Of a DNA stretch of 64,000 nucleotides, positions 35,005 through 47,074 are shown piece by piece. How positions within the stretch are numbered: position 1 is the stretch's first letter; every line of letters begins with the position of its first letter. This DNA is from Eledone cirrhosa (taxonomy: Eukaryota), in assembly GCA_964016885.1 (NCBI GenBank), contig OZ024742.1, positions 314,030,001 through 314,094,000 on the forward strand, given 5' to 3'. Made by a program: the position numbers and the translations under genes. The notes beneath the pieces are model-generated. The model was not told the origin of the DNA and did not search any database. It saw only the letters and a program-made list of their open reading frames with translations.

Positions 35005-37054
35005 TTACCGTACTTTTGGTAGAGGAGGGATGGTTTTTACATCCCTTTTCACTTGATCGTCTGGTGAAGGGACCGTTGAATCGTCCCTTCGGCTGGTCGT
35101 CGGCTCTTCTAAGAGAATGTCTGAGTATACTCTTCGATTGATGGTTCCTCCTAGGTCCCTGAAATCACCAACTGCGTTGGGGAATTTCGTTTTAATGTTT
35201 GTGTATTGTTTCTGTGCTATTTTTAGCAGTCTTATGTTAGTAGGCGTTTTGATTGGTGCTGGTATTATGTAGTCCTGTTGTGAAATGTCTGTGTGTTCAA
35301 TTATGTAAGTCATTAGTTTCTTGTTGTGTGTATTTATTGCCGTGCATTTGTTTTTCTGGGGGTGGGGTGTGGTTCTACTATTTTCTTGTCGTTGTTGCTG
35401 GGTGTGTGTGTTTTGTTGTTGTGTTTGCGATGTTGGTGCTTGTGGTGGTGGTGTTAAAGGTGTTGTTGGCGGTGGTGATGGTGGTGCTAGTGTGGGTGGT
35501 GATGGTGTTGGTGTTGTTGCTGCTGTGGGTCTCTTTGCAGTAGACTTTACCCTTTTCTCATTTCTTTCCTCCCTTTTCAAAGGCGACGATGCGCTGCTTC
35601 TGCGTTTGTGCCTTCTTACGACCTTTTGCCATCCCTCTCCCACCTCACACTCCATGTCTTATCCTGTGAGGTCGGGGAGGGGTACCAGCTCCACTCTCTG
35701 ACTTGTTGTTGGTGATGTTTGCACTGGATTCTCTGTTGCAGCTGCATTTGGTATTGCTGTTGTTGTTGTTAATATTTCCACTGCTGCTGCTGTTTTTGAT
35801 TTCCGTGGAGTGGGTATGGGTGCCACGGACCTATCGTTCCTGGTTGCCGCTTGTCCTGTTGCTGGTAGCCGTGGAGCCGGATTCGGAAGGAGGGGGGTTT
35901 TCTCCTTTCTCAGGGTCTTCTCGTTGCAGAAGGCCCTGAGGTGAGTCTTCGATCCACAGCGAAAGCATTTCGGGCATTTGCCCTCAACACTTATGGGCAG
36001 TTGAGTGCCGTTATCGAAGTCTATCACATCCGGGATAGCTTCGATGCACTCCTGGTTGGTTTGGATTAGCATCTCAATGGAGGAGCCGACCCAATCTTCT
36101 CTTACTTTTTTCTGTACTTGCAGTACAGTTGTTTTGTCCTCGATTCCGACGAGGACAGACGCGGCCAGCCAAGAAGGGGTCATTCCGGGGGGGGACGTGG
36201 GTCAGTTTGACCCTCACAATTTTTTGCCCGCAGTAGGAGGGCACCAACACCATTTCCTCGCTCCTTAGGGTCACTACTGATTGGGCTTTTGCCTCCTGGG
36301 GTGTGGCAAAAAGTACGTCTACGGTGGCATATTTTTTGCCTCGGGTGATGTGCGTTTTCCGCTGCCACACAGACCCCAAGGCTTTTTGTATTTGGGCCTC
36401 TGTGGCTCTTTCCACCCTACGGGATTTTGTACTTACTGTACGGTACGTGACCGTACAGTGCTCTTGGGTTTCGAAAAATTTTTCCGCTGTCTTGCAGATT
36501 GCTCGGTGTCCGTTCTTTGTCACCATCTTCTTCGCTTCCTCTAATTCCTCATTTGTTATGAGGATTGTTTCCAAGTTTTTCGCAATACCTGCAAATGAGA
36601 TTGGTTTTTCTCTGCTGTTGTTGTTGCCGTCAGAGCTGCTGGTACTTTTGTTGTTGCTGCAGGTACTACGACTACTCCCTCCGCCGCTGTTGCTGTGGTT
36701 GTTGTTGGTGTTGCTGGTGATGCTGTTGCGGCTGCTACTGTTGTTTTCATTGTCACTGTTGCTGTTGTTATTACGGCTGCTACTGCTATTATTCCTGACG
36801 TCAGACGAATGAACTGGGTTTTCGTATTTCCCGCACACCTGTTTCGTCGCTGTCGTCGTCGTCGTGGAGAAACCTTGCACGCTTTGCACGAGACTTTTCT
36901 TTTCTTTCGTCACTTGCGAAAGAGAAGGGAGGGAGAGAGACACATTTAAAGAAGGGAGGGAGAGAGACAATCTTCTCTCTGCTGTAGTGATGATTGAGGA
37001 GGAAGAAGACGGAATGAGTGGGAGTGACGTATGAAATTTCTTTTTTGTAGCCAT
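35005..37054 (-). pseudogene. B2 ORF1, disrupted
   Basis: Three consecutive ORF pieces; +1 frameshift in the G8 run at 36187-36194 and TAA at 35659 (TCA in B1); CFRCGSKTHLRAFC knuckle. Confidence 0.85.
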
Positions 37055-37297
37055 GTTGTTTTTTGTTTAAAATGAAATTTTGGGTACAAAACCCCAATAA
37101 CTGGTTATTTAACCCCGAAGGGCCAAATAACGGACAGAAAGACCCCTCTCACGAGGAGGAGGGTGTCTTTATCAACAATTTGGTTCAAGTTTTAAACAAT
37201 TTACAATTGTTTTAACGGTTAAAAATTACTATACCTTACAGAGCCGAGCCTCCATCAACCATGGCATTCAATAATAATAATAATAATAATAATAATA

Positions 37298-40200
37298 GTA
37301 ATAAGAACTAATGGATGGATAAGCGAGCTGGAACTGGAGGAACTGAGCAGAGAGAATGGCTTGGAGATGGCGGGTGTAGTATGCCAGACAAGCGAGCCAG
37401 TGGGAAATGAAGGTGAAGAGGTCCTGAGAACGGAGGAACCACCCGAAGCAGACAATGATCTGAATACTGAGATAAATAATACCTGGAACAGAGATACGGC
37501 CACTGAGGAGATGAATGCTGACGGGCTAGGACAAGATTCGGTTGACATCCTAAATTTAGTGGTAGATGAATTGAACAATGATAGTGGGAGACCTATGAAC
37601 CTAAGATTTGTAGACAGGAAAAAGTTAAAAGAAACAACAGCTAAGGTAAACAAAGTCATCCCATACCTTGAGGCGAGGAGCCTTCACCAGTGCAACACTA
37701 TCCTCAAAGCAACAGCAAATACGGTGAGGAAACTACTTGGTATAAAAGCGAGAGGAAACAACAGACAAGAAAGAGCAGAGCCGTGGTGGAAGAAGCGACT
37801 GAGTGGGCAAATCGGGGAAATGAGAAATGACATAGGAAAGCTTGAGTCACTACTGAATGGGACACTAAAAAACATAGGCACTAAAAATAGGCTGGAAATA
37901 AAATACAAAACTAGGAGGAAAAAGCTAAATATTATCATAGAGGAACTGAAGCAACGCATTGTAGCAAAGAGTGCAAAAATCAGGCGATACGAGAACAGAG
38001 TCAGTCAGTATAAACAGAACCGCATGTTCGACAACAACCAGAAGATGCTGTTTGGACAGCTTGAGGGGAAAGAAAGAGGCAACGACTTGATCCCTGGGGC
38101 GGAGCAAACTAAAACATTCTGGAGAGGAATATGGGAGCAGGATGTTAGACACAATGCCCAGGCAGGGTGGATTGAAACAGTACAGAGGGAGATCGGTGAG
38201 CAGGCACAACAACAAACTGATTTGAGTATCACAGTTGAAACTCTTAAGGGGCAGGCCAAAAAACTAACCAACTGGAAATCACCAGGCCCAGATGGTGTGC
38301 AGGGGTATTGGATTAAACATTTAACATCCCTCCACCCGAAGCTGACGGCCATGTTCAATGACTGCTTGGTGTCGGGTGAGGTGCCAGAGTGGTTGACAAA
38401 AGGTACCACAGTTCTGATAATGAAAGACCGAATCAAGGGTAATGATGTTACCAACTATAGACCTATCACATGTCTGTCCGTAATGTGGAAACTGTTGACG
38501 AGCATTGTGTCTGAGGAAATCTACCATCACCTCCACACAAACAACTTGTTACCGGACGAACAGAAAGGATGCCGAAAGAAGTCACGTGGTACAAAGGACC
38601 AGTTACTTATTGATAAGATGGTAATGGGGAATTGCAGGAGGAGACACACTGATCTTGCCATGGGATGGATAGACTACAGAAAGGCATTTGACATGGTGCC
38701 TCATTCCTGGATCACCAAAAGCCTGGAGATCTTCAGGGTGGCAGATAACATCAGACAGTTGCTAGGCAGGAGTATGGGGTCCTGGGAGACAGAGTTGACA
38801 TCAACTGGAGTATCCTTGGGAAGCGTGAAGATCAAGAGAGGTATCTTCCAGGGAGATAGCCTGTCCCCTCTGTTGTTTGTCCTTGCCCTGATGCCCTTGA
38901 CCATTATGCTGCGAAAAGTGAGAGCTGGATACAAGTTGGGAAGGGGAGAGCTTACCATCAATCACCTCCTCTTCATGGACGATCTTAAGCTCTTCGGGAA
39001 AAGTGAGAAGGAGTTGGATGTGCTTGTTGACACTGTCCGTATTTTCAGCAGTGATATATGTATGCAGTTTGGTATTGGTAAATGTGGAGTCATTGTGATG
39101 AAGAGGGGTAGGTTGAGCAGAAGTAACGGGATCCAGATACCAACAGGTGAGATGATAAAGGAAATTGACTCTGAGGAAGGATACAAGTATTTGGGCGTTC
39201 TGGAGGCTGATGGCATAAAGAACAAAAAAATGAAGGAATTGTTAAGAACTGAATACATTCGGAGAGTAAGGAGCGTATTGAAGTCACATCTGAACAGCAG
39301 AAATGCCATAAGCGCAGTAAATTCCCGAGCTGTGTCTATTATTAGGTACAGTGCGGGAATTCTGAGATGGAATGTTGCTGAACAAAAAGAAATGGATAGG
39401 AAGACTAGGAAGCTATTGACTATCTACAACATGTTCCACAAGAGGAGTGATGTCGATAGACTCTACCTAAGGAGATCTGAGGGTGGAAGAGGTCTTATCA
39501 GCATAGAGGACTGTGTTCAGATGGAGAAAAACAACCTATACAAATACGTGACCTATAGTAAGGAGCCAATGCTCAGAACTGTACTGAAGGAGGGGACAGT
39601 AGGCCAGGGGATGTCCAAGGAGGAAATAACATCAAGGAGGAAGAGCAGCCTTAAGGGAAAATCCCTTCATAGTACCTTCTTTGAGAAAACTGAATTTAGA
39701 GATCCACAGACATGGAACTGGTTGAGAAGAGGAGACCTCAAAAAGGCTACAGAAGGAATGCTAATGGCTGCGCAGGAGCAGGCCCTCAAAACGAAGTGGT
39801 TGAAGCACGATATCTACAAGGAGGAGGCTAGCCCACTGTGCAGGATCTGTGGAGAGAGAGAGGAGACTGTGGCTCACATTGTGTCCGAGTGTAAACACCT
39901 AGCCCAGACCCACTATAAGGGCTGGAGACACGATGTGATGGGCAGGGTGATCCACTGGCACCTGTGCAAAGTAAACAATTTACCACATTCTGAGAAATGG
40001 TATGAGCATAGGCCAGAGGCGGTGATGGAGAACAATCAGGTGAAGGTGCTGTGGGATTTTAGGATACAGACGGACAAAAAACTGGAACACAATAGACCTG
40101 ACCTGGTGGTTGTGGACAAAGAAAAAAGATCGTGTCTGATTGTGGATGTGGCCTGCCCGTTCGACACGAGAGTGCAAGAGAAGGAGAGGGAGAAAATTAA

Positions 40201-40411
40201 CCGATACCAGGACCTAAAGTGGGAGGTGAAAAGGATTTGGAACTGCCATGAAGTCAAAGTGATCCCGATTGTCATAGGCGCACTGGGGACTATCTCCAAA
40301 GGTTTCCAGGGATGGTTAAAGAAAATCGGCCCCTTCACGCTTTTTGGAACGCTTCAAAAGGCATGCTTGCTTGGAACAGCAAGAACCCTCCGATACGTCC
40401 TGAATATCTGA
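37298..40411 (+). CDS. Reverse transcriptase + CCHC + PD-(D/E)xK restriction-like endonuclease (N-terminus missing)
   Basis: WKSPGPDG, NYRPITCL, IDYRKAFDMVPH, GIFQGDSLSPLLF, FMDDLKL, YKYLG, GGRGL, CRIC-ETVAHIVSEC, RHD, NRPDLV, IVDVACP, EKINRY. The frame is open back to the repeat junction (VIRTNGWISELELEEL). Confidence 0.92.
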   Translation, partial: VIRTNGWISELELEELSRENGLEMAGVVCQTSEPVGNEGEEVLRTEEPPEADNDLNTEINNTWNRDTATEEMNADGLGQDSVDILNLVVDELNNDSGRPMNLRFVDRKKLKETTAKVNKVIPYLEARSLHQCNTILKATANTVRKLLGIKARGNNRQERAEPWWKKRLSGQIGEMRNDIGKLESLLNGTLKNIGTKNRLEIKYKTRRKKLNIIIEELKQRIVAKSAKIRRYENRVSQYKQNRMFDNNQKMLFGQLEGKERGNDLIPGAEQTKTFWRGIWEQDVRHNAQAGWIETVQREIGEQAQQQTDLSITVETLKGQAKKLTNWKSPGPDGVQGYWIKHLTSLHPKLTAMFNDCLVSGEVPEWLTKGTTVLIMKDRIKGNDVTNYRPITCLSVMWKLLTSIVSEEIYHHLHTNNLLPDEQKGCRKKSRGTKDQLLIDKMVMGNCRRRHTDLAMGWIDYRKAFDMVPHSWITKSLEIFRVADNIRQLLGRSMGSWETELTSTGVSLGSVKIKRGIFQGDSLSPLLFVLALMPLTIMLRKVRAGYKLGRGELTINHLLFMDDLKLFGKSEKELDVLVDTVRIFSSDICMQFGIGKCGVIVMKRGRLSRSNGIQIPTGEMIKEIDSEEGYKYLGVLEADGIKNKKMKELLRTEYIRRVRSVLKSHLNSRNAISAVNSRAVSIIRYSAGILRWNVAEQKEMDRKTRKLLTIYNMFHKRSDVDRLYLRRSEGGRGLISIEDCVQMEKNNLYKYVTYSKEPMLRTVLKEGTVGQGMSKEEITSRRKSSLKGKSLHSTFFEKTEFRDPQTWNWLRRGDLKKATEGMLMAAQEQALKTKWLKHDIYKEEASPLCRICGEREETVAHIVSECKHLAQTHYKGWRHDVMGRVIHWHLCKVNNLPHSEKWYEHRPEAVMENNQVKVLWDFRIQTDKKLEHNRPDLVVVDKEKRSCLIVDVACPFDTRVQEKEREKINRYQDLKWEVKRIWNCHEVKVIPIVIGALGTISKGFQGWLKKIGPFTLFGTLQKACLLGTARTLRYVLNI

Positions 40412-40485
40412 GGCTGCAGGTAGTGGCTTGATATTCAATCCAACGGACTTTCCAGTTAACCAACATCAATGACTGAGATTCAAGG
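37298..40485 (+). mobile_element. R4/Dong-like RLE non-LTR retrotransposon, 5'-truncated, in (AAT)n
   Basis: Single RT-CCHC-RLE ORF, short 3' UTR and AAT repeats at both junctions. Dong elements are known to target (TAA)n. Confidence 0.88.
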
Positions 40486-40567
40486 AATAACAACAATAAT
40501 AATAATAATAAGAAGAAGAATAATAATAATAAGAAGAATAAGAAGAATAAGAAGAAGAATAGAAGAA

Positions 40568-40651
40568 GAATATCTGAGGCTGCAGGTAGTGGCTTGATAT
40601 TCATTTCATCAAACTTTCCAGTTAAATAACATCAATGACTGATACTTAAAG
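40568..40651 (+). mobile_element. Second, extremely 5'-truncated R4/Dong-like copy (3' UTR only)
   Basis: Diverged duplicate of 40402-40485 flanked by AAG/AAT/AAC repeats. Confidence 0.85.
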
Positions 40652-41325
40652 AACAACAACAACAATAATAATAATAATAATAATAATAATTGTTTCTACT
40701 TTAGGCACAAGCCCATAATAATAATAATATTTTAAAAGGATTGACGTAACTCTTCCCAAAGGTAAATAAACAATGAAGAGCGCGATGCGATTGTAATAGA
40801 TTTATTGAACGATATTTCGACATTTAGTCTGTCTTTGTCGAGTTCAGAATAAAAAGTGATGAAAATTCAAAGTTATAGAAATTCAAATCCAAAGTATGAA
40901 CGCGGCCAAAGCGTCCGCACGGGGAAAAAAGAAGAAAAGAAAAAAGGAAAAAGAATATTTAATCAAACAGTTTTATGTAAATTCAAATCCAAAATATGAC
41001 TAATAATAAATGGGAACAAAGAATCAGTATTGCATCATATACATATTTAATTATATATAGGTTTGATTAAAATAACAGGCGGTCGGACTGGTGATGTTCC
41101 TTTAAAGTTTTACTGTTGCAAAAACACTATATATATTTCAATAGCCTGGTTACGTAAGATCCTGGCGACGTCATCAGATTCTGATTGCATAATTAGTTAA
41201 TAAATAAAGTAATTACGGCATACACAAAGAAAATATAGAAAAACTATTTGATTCGGAGATGGTCGGCGACATAGATATTATTGTTGCCATCCCAGTTCTA
41301 TCCAGTGGAGAACCACTAAACATAA

Positions 41326-41373
<48 letters not shown>

Positions 41374-41409
41374 CTGTTTTCAAGTCCAGCAGTTGCAAGT
41401 GTGGGAGGG

Positions 41410-41453
41410 ATCGTCCCGATGAGAACCAGTTAAGTCCGAAATGCATCGACGAT
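41410..41453 (+). ncRNA. Minimal hammerhead ribozyme motif (U4C variant)
   Basis: atcgtc CCGATGA gaac-cagttaa-gtcc GAAA tgca TC gacgat; perfect 6-bp stem I and palindromic stem III. Confidence 0.7.
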
Positions 41454-41823
41454 TGTCACCCTTGCTTCTACTGGACACCACCCGAGGGAGCTAACCCCGG
41501 TGTTTTTTGCATAGCTACGGCTTTCTAAATGTTTACCTGTAAACAACCGTGTTTCTTTAGAAATACGAAATTTCTATACATATCTGGATACAGCTATGCC
41601 TGAAGCTAAATCCTAATTATATATATATATATAATATAATAATAATACAAGGACGATTTGTTAAGACTTCACTATGTTTATTGATTGGTGACGCGCGTTT
41701 CGCTATTGATCAGCTCAAAGTTCGATCTGTATCGATCTGGTCCGACTCTAGAATCAAAAGCTCGTTGGACCTCTGTTGTAGTAATGAAAGGTGAACCTAC
41801 AGTAACTTCACGTTACACTCCTT

Positions 41824-41970
<147 letters not shown>

Positions 41971-42027
41971 TATACGTATATATATGTACACACACGCACA
42001 TGCACACACACACACACACACACACAG

Positions 42028-42061
<34 letters not shown>

Positions 42062-42914
42062 TTATATATATATATGTATATATGCCGATAAGAGCACAAT
42101 ATGGTATAGCGGAATGTGTATATTAAGTTTGATACGACGAAGTTTATCTTTAAAATGTTTTTAATGGATTTTTTTTACTGAATATCAACCGTTGTATCCC
42201 AGTGTTTGTATACGTATATACATACTTACATACTTACATGGTGCATATATATCTGTGTATACATGTGTGAATGTGTTTGTATATAAGTGTATTGTCATGT
42301 GTATGAGTTCCGTCTACATATTTTACGAGGGTGTATTTCTATATGCGTTTGTCTACGTTGTTGCTCCCAATTTGTTGTAAAAACATGTGTTATATGGTAT
42401 GCATGTGTAAATGCAAATTTCTCCCATATCAAGATGAATCAGTGTATACAATTGTAAGTCTATCCTATACAGTAAGCTAATATTTTATATGTAAACGAGG
42501 AAACTATCTATGTGACGGACTTTTTTGTATATGCTATGCTAGTATTCTTCACCCTCTCTGTTTGTATCTCTGGCTGATTGTCTGTCCGTCTTTCTCCTAT
42601 CTCTATATACGTTGATGTTTGCATCTCGTAATAAATTTGTATATATATATATATATAAAAATGTATATATATATATCCAAAATTAAATTAAGGGTGTCAT
42701 GTCCGAGACAGGCGCCATATCCACTGTAGAATATCGTCAAAGATTCCAATGAATAAATCCGAGCATTTTATATCAACTAGAAATTGATTGACATATATGA
42801 TTAGCTAAAATAAACACATGAAACAATCACAGGGGATAATTTGTAAACTGTGTAAGCATACACAGCTAGGTAGGTAACTAATTAAAGTTTAACTAGAACT
42901 TCAAATATAGATAC

Positions 42915-42982
<68 letters not shown>

Positions 42983-43077
42983 GGTAGAACACTGGAAGGT
43001 AATATCCGTAGTGGTAGAGCACTCAGTCTATGGGACGAGTTAGGTAGAAGTGGTACACAACAGTTAGTTCACCATAC

Positions 43078-43115
43078 CGAGAACAATTGTTTCACCTTAG
43101 CGGATCTTCAGCTCG
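43078..43115 (-). ncRNA. Minimal hammerhead in the PLE pseudo-LTR (second copy at 45631-45668, plus strand)
   Basis: cgag CTGAAGA tcc-gctaa-ggt GAAA caattg TT ctcg; palindromic stem III as in dimeric PLE hammerheads. Confidence 0.72.
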
Positions 43116-43431
43116 TAATGGACATGGTTATACGGAACAGGAAGGACAACCGTTCGAACGCGCATGTGCAGCAACCGGTCACTTCACACAGGCAATATGA
43201 AAATGCGTGCGAGAGGTGTAAGGGAGATAACTGCGAAAGTCCGAAAAGTTTTTAGTTGATAAGAAAATTATGATGTTGTTGTAATGATTCAATCCGGAGC
43301 TTTGTAGTTATGCAACAGGTGTTTCGAGACGTGTGGACAACGTGTGAAGAATTCATTTCTCGTGTTAAGGCAATCAATATTGCATAATCTCTTTAGAATA
43401 TTTATTCGTTCGTCAATACATAGTCCACACG

Positions 43432-45457
43432 ACGGATTTTCCCTTGCGGAAGATGTCGTCAGACGCTTAAGATGGCGAGCCCTAGCTTTTGACGGCAAAA
43501 TTACAGGCACCAATAACACCTTCAACCTGAAATCGAGAGCCTACCCCCCTAAGATAACTGAACTTGCTCCTTTTGAGACGGACCTTCTTGACTTAGTCGC
43601 TAATATTTCCTTTCGCAAACACCTTAACACCTTTCAAACTAAACTCAGAAATGATATTAAGAAACTTAGGTCTTCTAATAACACCCTCGTTCTTTCCGAC
43701 AAAACTAATAATATTTACGGAGTCGACAACAACACTTTCCGCCACCTGCCCCATAACGCTATTACTTCCAAATATAAGAAAGCTAACCCTATGGCCTACC
43801 ACGACATTAATACAGAAGTCAAAGAACTTGCCGCCACCCTTAAGGTAGATAAGAAGCTACAATCTCTAGCTAAGCGGGAGGCGTTCCTCACCCTGAAAGA
43901 TCACAAGGTAGACTTTACTTCTAACCCCACATGTAGACTAATAAACCCGGCACGCACAGATATGGGACTAGTCAGTAAGGCCATACTTAGAAACATAGTT
44001 AAGACCATTAGGACCAAGACCAACCTGTTCCAGTGGGAGAACAGCGACTCCGTAATTAAGTGGTTTAACTCCTTAAAATCCCAAAAAGCGAAGTTCACAC
44101 AGTTTGACATTGTCAATTTTTACCCGTCGATCTCAGAGACCCTATTAAACAAAGCATTGGACTTCGCTACCACTTACATCACCGTCGATGGTTTAGACAG
44201 GGAAATCATCGCTCACTGCCGGAAAACCCTCCTCTTCAACGACGGAGTAGCCTGGGCAAAGAAGTCTACAACTTCAGACCTATTCGACGTCTCCATGGGA
44301 TCGTTTGACAGTGCTGACGTATGCGACTTGGTTGGCCTATTTATTTTAGACATATTACGTGTTAGATTCCTGGATTTTCACACGGGAATATACCGCGACG
44401 ATGGACTGACCTTATCGAGCCATAAAAGTGGTCACGACCTCGACTGGTTTAAAACAGACTTAGCTTCTACCTTCAATGAGTTAGCACTTAGGATAACAGT
44501 AGCTACCAACCTCTCTAGCGTAGATGTCTTAGACATTAATTTAGACCTTCGCACACCCACCCACAGACCCTTCCATAAGCTGAATGAAAAACTCAACTAC
44601 ATTCACAAGGATTCATGCCACCTCCCACTGTTTTTTTGAAACCTCGTAAATAATATCAGTACTAGAATCTCAAACCTCTCCTCTAATAAGGCTATCTTTG
44701 ACAGGGCGGCACCCTACTATAACACGGCGTTAGCTAACAGCGGCTTCTCGCAACATATCACTTACTCTCCCACTATCAACAACAGCAACAAGAAAAGAAA
44801 GCGTAGCAATAGACCAAGTATCTGGTTCTCTCCTCCCTTCTCACTCAACGTTAAAACCAATGTAGGCAAACAATTTCTAGCCCTCTTAGATAGACTCTTT
44901 CCCATAAGTCATAAATACCGCTCCATCTTTAACCGACATAAAGTAAAACTAGGATACTCCTGCGCTAAGAACATGAAGGCCCACATCACCAGCAGCCCCA
45001 GGAGCAAGGTACTCTTGCCGTAACCCCGAAGCTTGTCCCCTTCAACAGCAATGCAACACACCCGCTGTAATTTATGAAGCTGTGGTCACTTCCAACCGAC
45101 CAAACGAACCACAGGAGGTCAAATCCTATGTGGGCATGGCGGAGGGCCGATTTAAGGAACGTTTCCTGAACCACAGTCGACTTTTAGGTACCCGGACAGA
45201 CGTTCATCCACGAAACTCGTGAGCCACGTATGGTCCCTCAAGGACTCAGGTATAGACTACGCCATTCAATGGAAAGCCATCACTAAGTCCAAGCCATACG
45301 CAAGGGGAAATCCGGCGTGTGGACTATGTATGATGAACGAATAAATATTCTAAAGAGATTATGCAATAGTGATTGCCAAAACACGAGAAATGAATTCTTC
45401 ACACGTTGTCCACACGTCTCGAAACACCTGTTGCATAACTACAAAGCTCCGGATTGA
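43432..45457 (+). pseudogene. PLE RT + GIY-YIG endonuclease, disrupted
   Basis: SDKTNNIY, CRLINP, FDIVNFYPSI, MGSFDSADVCDLVG, YRDDGL; in-frame TGA at 44637; later frameshifts; VIYEAVV...YVGMAEGRFKERFLNH; TRNEFFTRCPHVSKHLL. Confidence 0.88.
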
Positions 45458-45689
45458 ATCATTACAACAACATCATAATTTTCTTATCAACTAAAAACTT
45501 TTCGGACTTTCGCAGTTATCTCCCTTACACCTCTCGCACACATTTTAGTATTGCCTGTGTGAAGTGACCGGTTTCTGCACATGCGCGTTCGAACGGTTGT
45601 CCTTCCTGTTCCGTATAACCATGTCCATTATGAGCTGAAGATCCGCTAAGGTGAAACAATTGTTCTCGTATATATATATATATATATAC

Positions 45690-45823
45690 TAGCGGTCACT
45701 TGTATGAAATTCGCTCGTACAGCGCATTTCCACTCCTACTACAAGCCAAAAATTTGCATGAGCCACGGCTCGTACAGCAACATTACTCATACAATGGGGC
45801 ACTCGAACTGCGAGGTACTACTG
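45690..45823 (-). mobile_element. Possible pogo/Tigger-like transposon end
   Basis: Ends CGAGGTACTACTG-TA (reverse complement CAGTAGTACCTCG), with repeated ctcgtaca subterminal motifs. Confidence 0.4.
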
Positions 45824-46033
45824 TATATATATATACATATATAATCACACACGCACACCCACACCCACACATACACACACATACACACACATATATAACA
45901 TCTGTGATTCACCGATTAATGGTGAATATATTTCTTTAATGGCATATATACAAAGGAGATTAATTATTATTGCAAGGTATCTATTTTCAAGGTTCCCTCT
46001 CTTCCACCCTCTACCTCTTTTCTCCCTCTCTCT

Positions 46034-46122
<89 letters not shown>

Positions 46123-46887
46123 GCATACATATGAATGTGTGTGTAGGTGTGTGTGTGTATGTATGTGTATATGTGTGTATACGTAAATGTATGTGCATGT
46201 GTATGTATATAAGCGGACGAAGCAGAAATATGCTGAACAAAAATATATTGTAGTATTTCAATTTGCCTCCGTTTCTGCCATTTACGGCCGGGCACATTTA
46301 TCATTTCATCGACAAAATACTACGTTTGATGTACCAAACTAAAAGCAAATCTCTTGAAAGTAGTTAACAAATGGTCCAATGATTGGAACCAATAAAAGAC
46401 TAAAAAGAATGCTTTGATGAATTGATATTGGTGTCTGTAAGGGTGCCTTTATAGTAGACATTACATTACTACCGAAATTTGAATGTTCGGACGTTAGATT
46501 TATACATCAGTCAGGTTTTTTTTATTTTCATTTGTAATTAGAATACAATATCTGTGTATTTAGTTTTCACTGTGATGTGCTGTGACTATTGCCGCCATTA
46601 TTACTTGTATACATTTGTTAGAACTTTTGTATATTATAGAAATCTTGTTTACTAATGTTTTCCGATTTAGTTTTGTTTTGCGTTCAGTGGTGTAGTGCAT
46701 TGAAACTGATCCTTGTTGTAAGTACATGGTTATCGGGTGTGATATTGACGTACGGTTATGGGATATATAACGGTTGGAGTCGTATTATTGCCATCTTATA
46801 TATTTGCAGTCAAATTTGTAAAGAACTTTCGTCATTCGTTGCATATTCAAAGGTTTACATATTTGTAGTTTATTATTAATAAGAATA

Positions 46888-47074
46888 ATAGGGCGGTGGA
46901 TTGGCAGTATCGGTAGAGGGTCGGACGCCATGCTTTCCAGCATAGTTACGTCCCTTTACGATCTGAGTTCAAATCCCGCCGAGGTTGACTTTGCCTTTCA
47001 TCCTTACGGGGTTGATAAAATAAAGTACCAGTAATGCACTGGGTATTTGCTGGCCTTGTGCCTAAAGTAAAACA
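46888..47074 (+). mobile_element. Full-length SINE family 1 with a 16-bp TSD
   Basis: ATTATTAATAAGAATA at 46872-46887 and 47075-47090. Further copies at 47120-47330 (+) and 48019-48200 (-). Confidence 0.92.

Larger units (their letters stand above)
31289..37269 (-). mobile_element. Full-length Tx1-like family B copy B2, inserted in (ATT)n
   Basis: 5' UTR, ORF1 (one frameshift, one stop), intact ORF2, 3' UTR with AATAAA, (AAT)n flanks. Confidence 0.94.
42981..45668 (+). mobile_element. Penelope-like element, 5'-truncated, with an inverted pseudo-LTR, inserted in (TA)n
   Basis: 43078-43431 is the reverse complement of 45316-45668; (TA)n at both ends; RT and C-terminal GIY-YIG in between. Confidence 0.9.

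Noticed and set aside
36187-36194. Programmed frameshift in B ORF1
   Set aside because: A homopolymer indel that differs between B1 and B2; mutation or sequencing error is simpler.
44637-44639. In-frame TGA in the PLE ORF as selenocysteine or readthrough
   Set aside because: The copy has other frameshifts, the position does not look like a conserved Cys, and CGA>TGA decay is more likely.
46891-46980. SINE heads as genuine tRNA genes
   Set aside because: A and B boxes are present, but there is no cloverleaf and they are always attached to the SINE body and TSDs.
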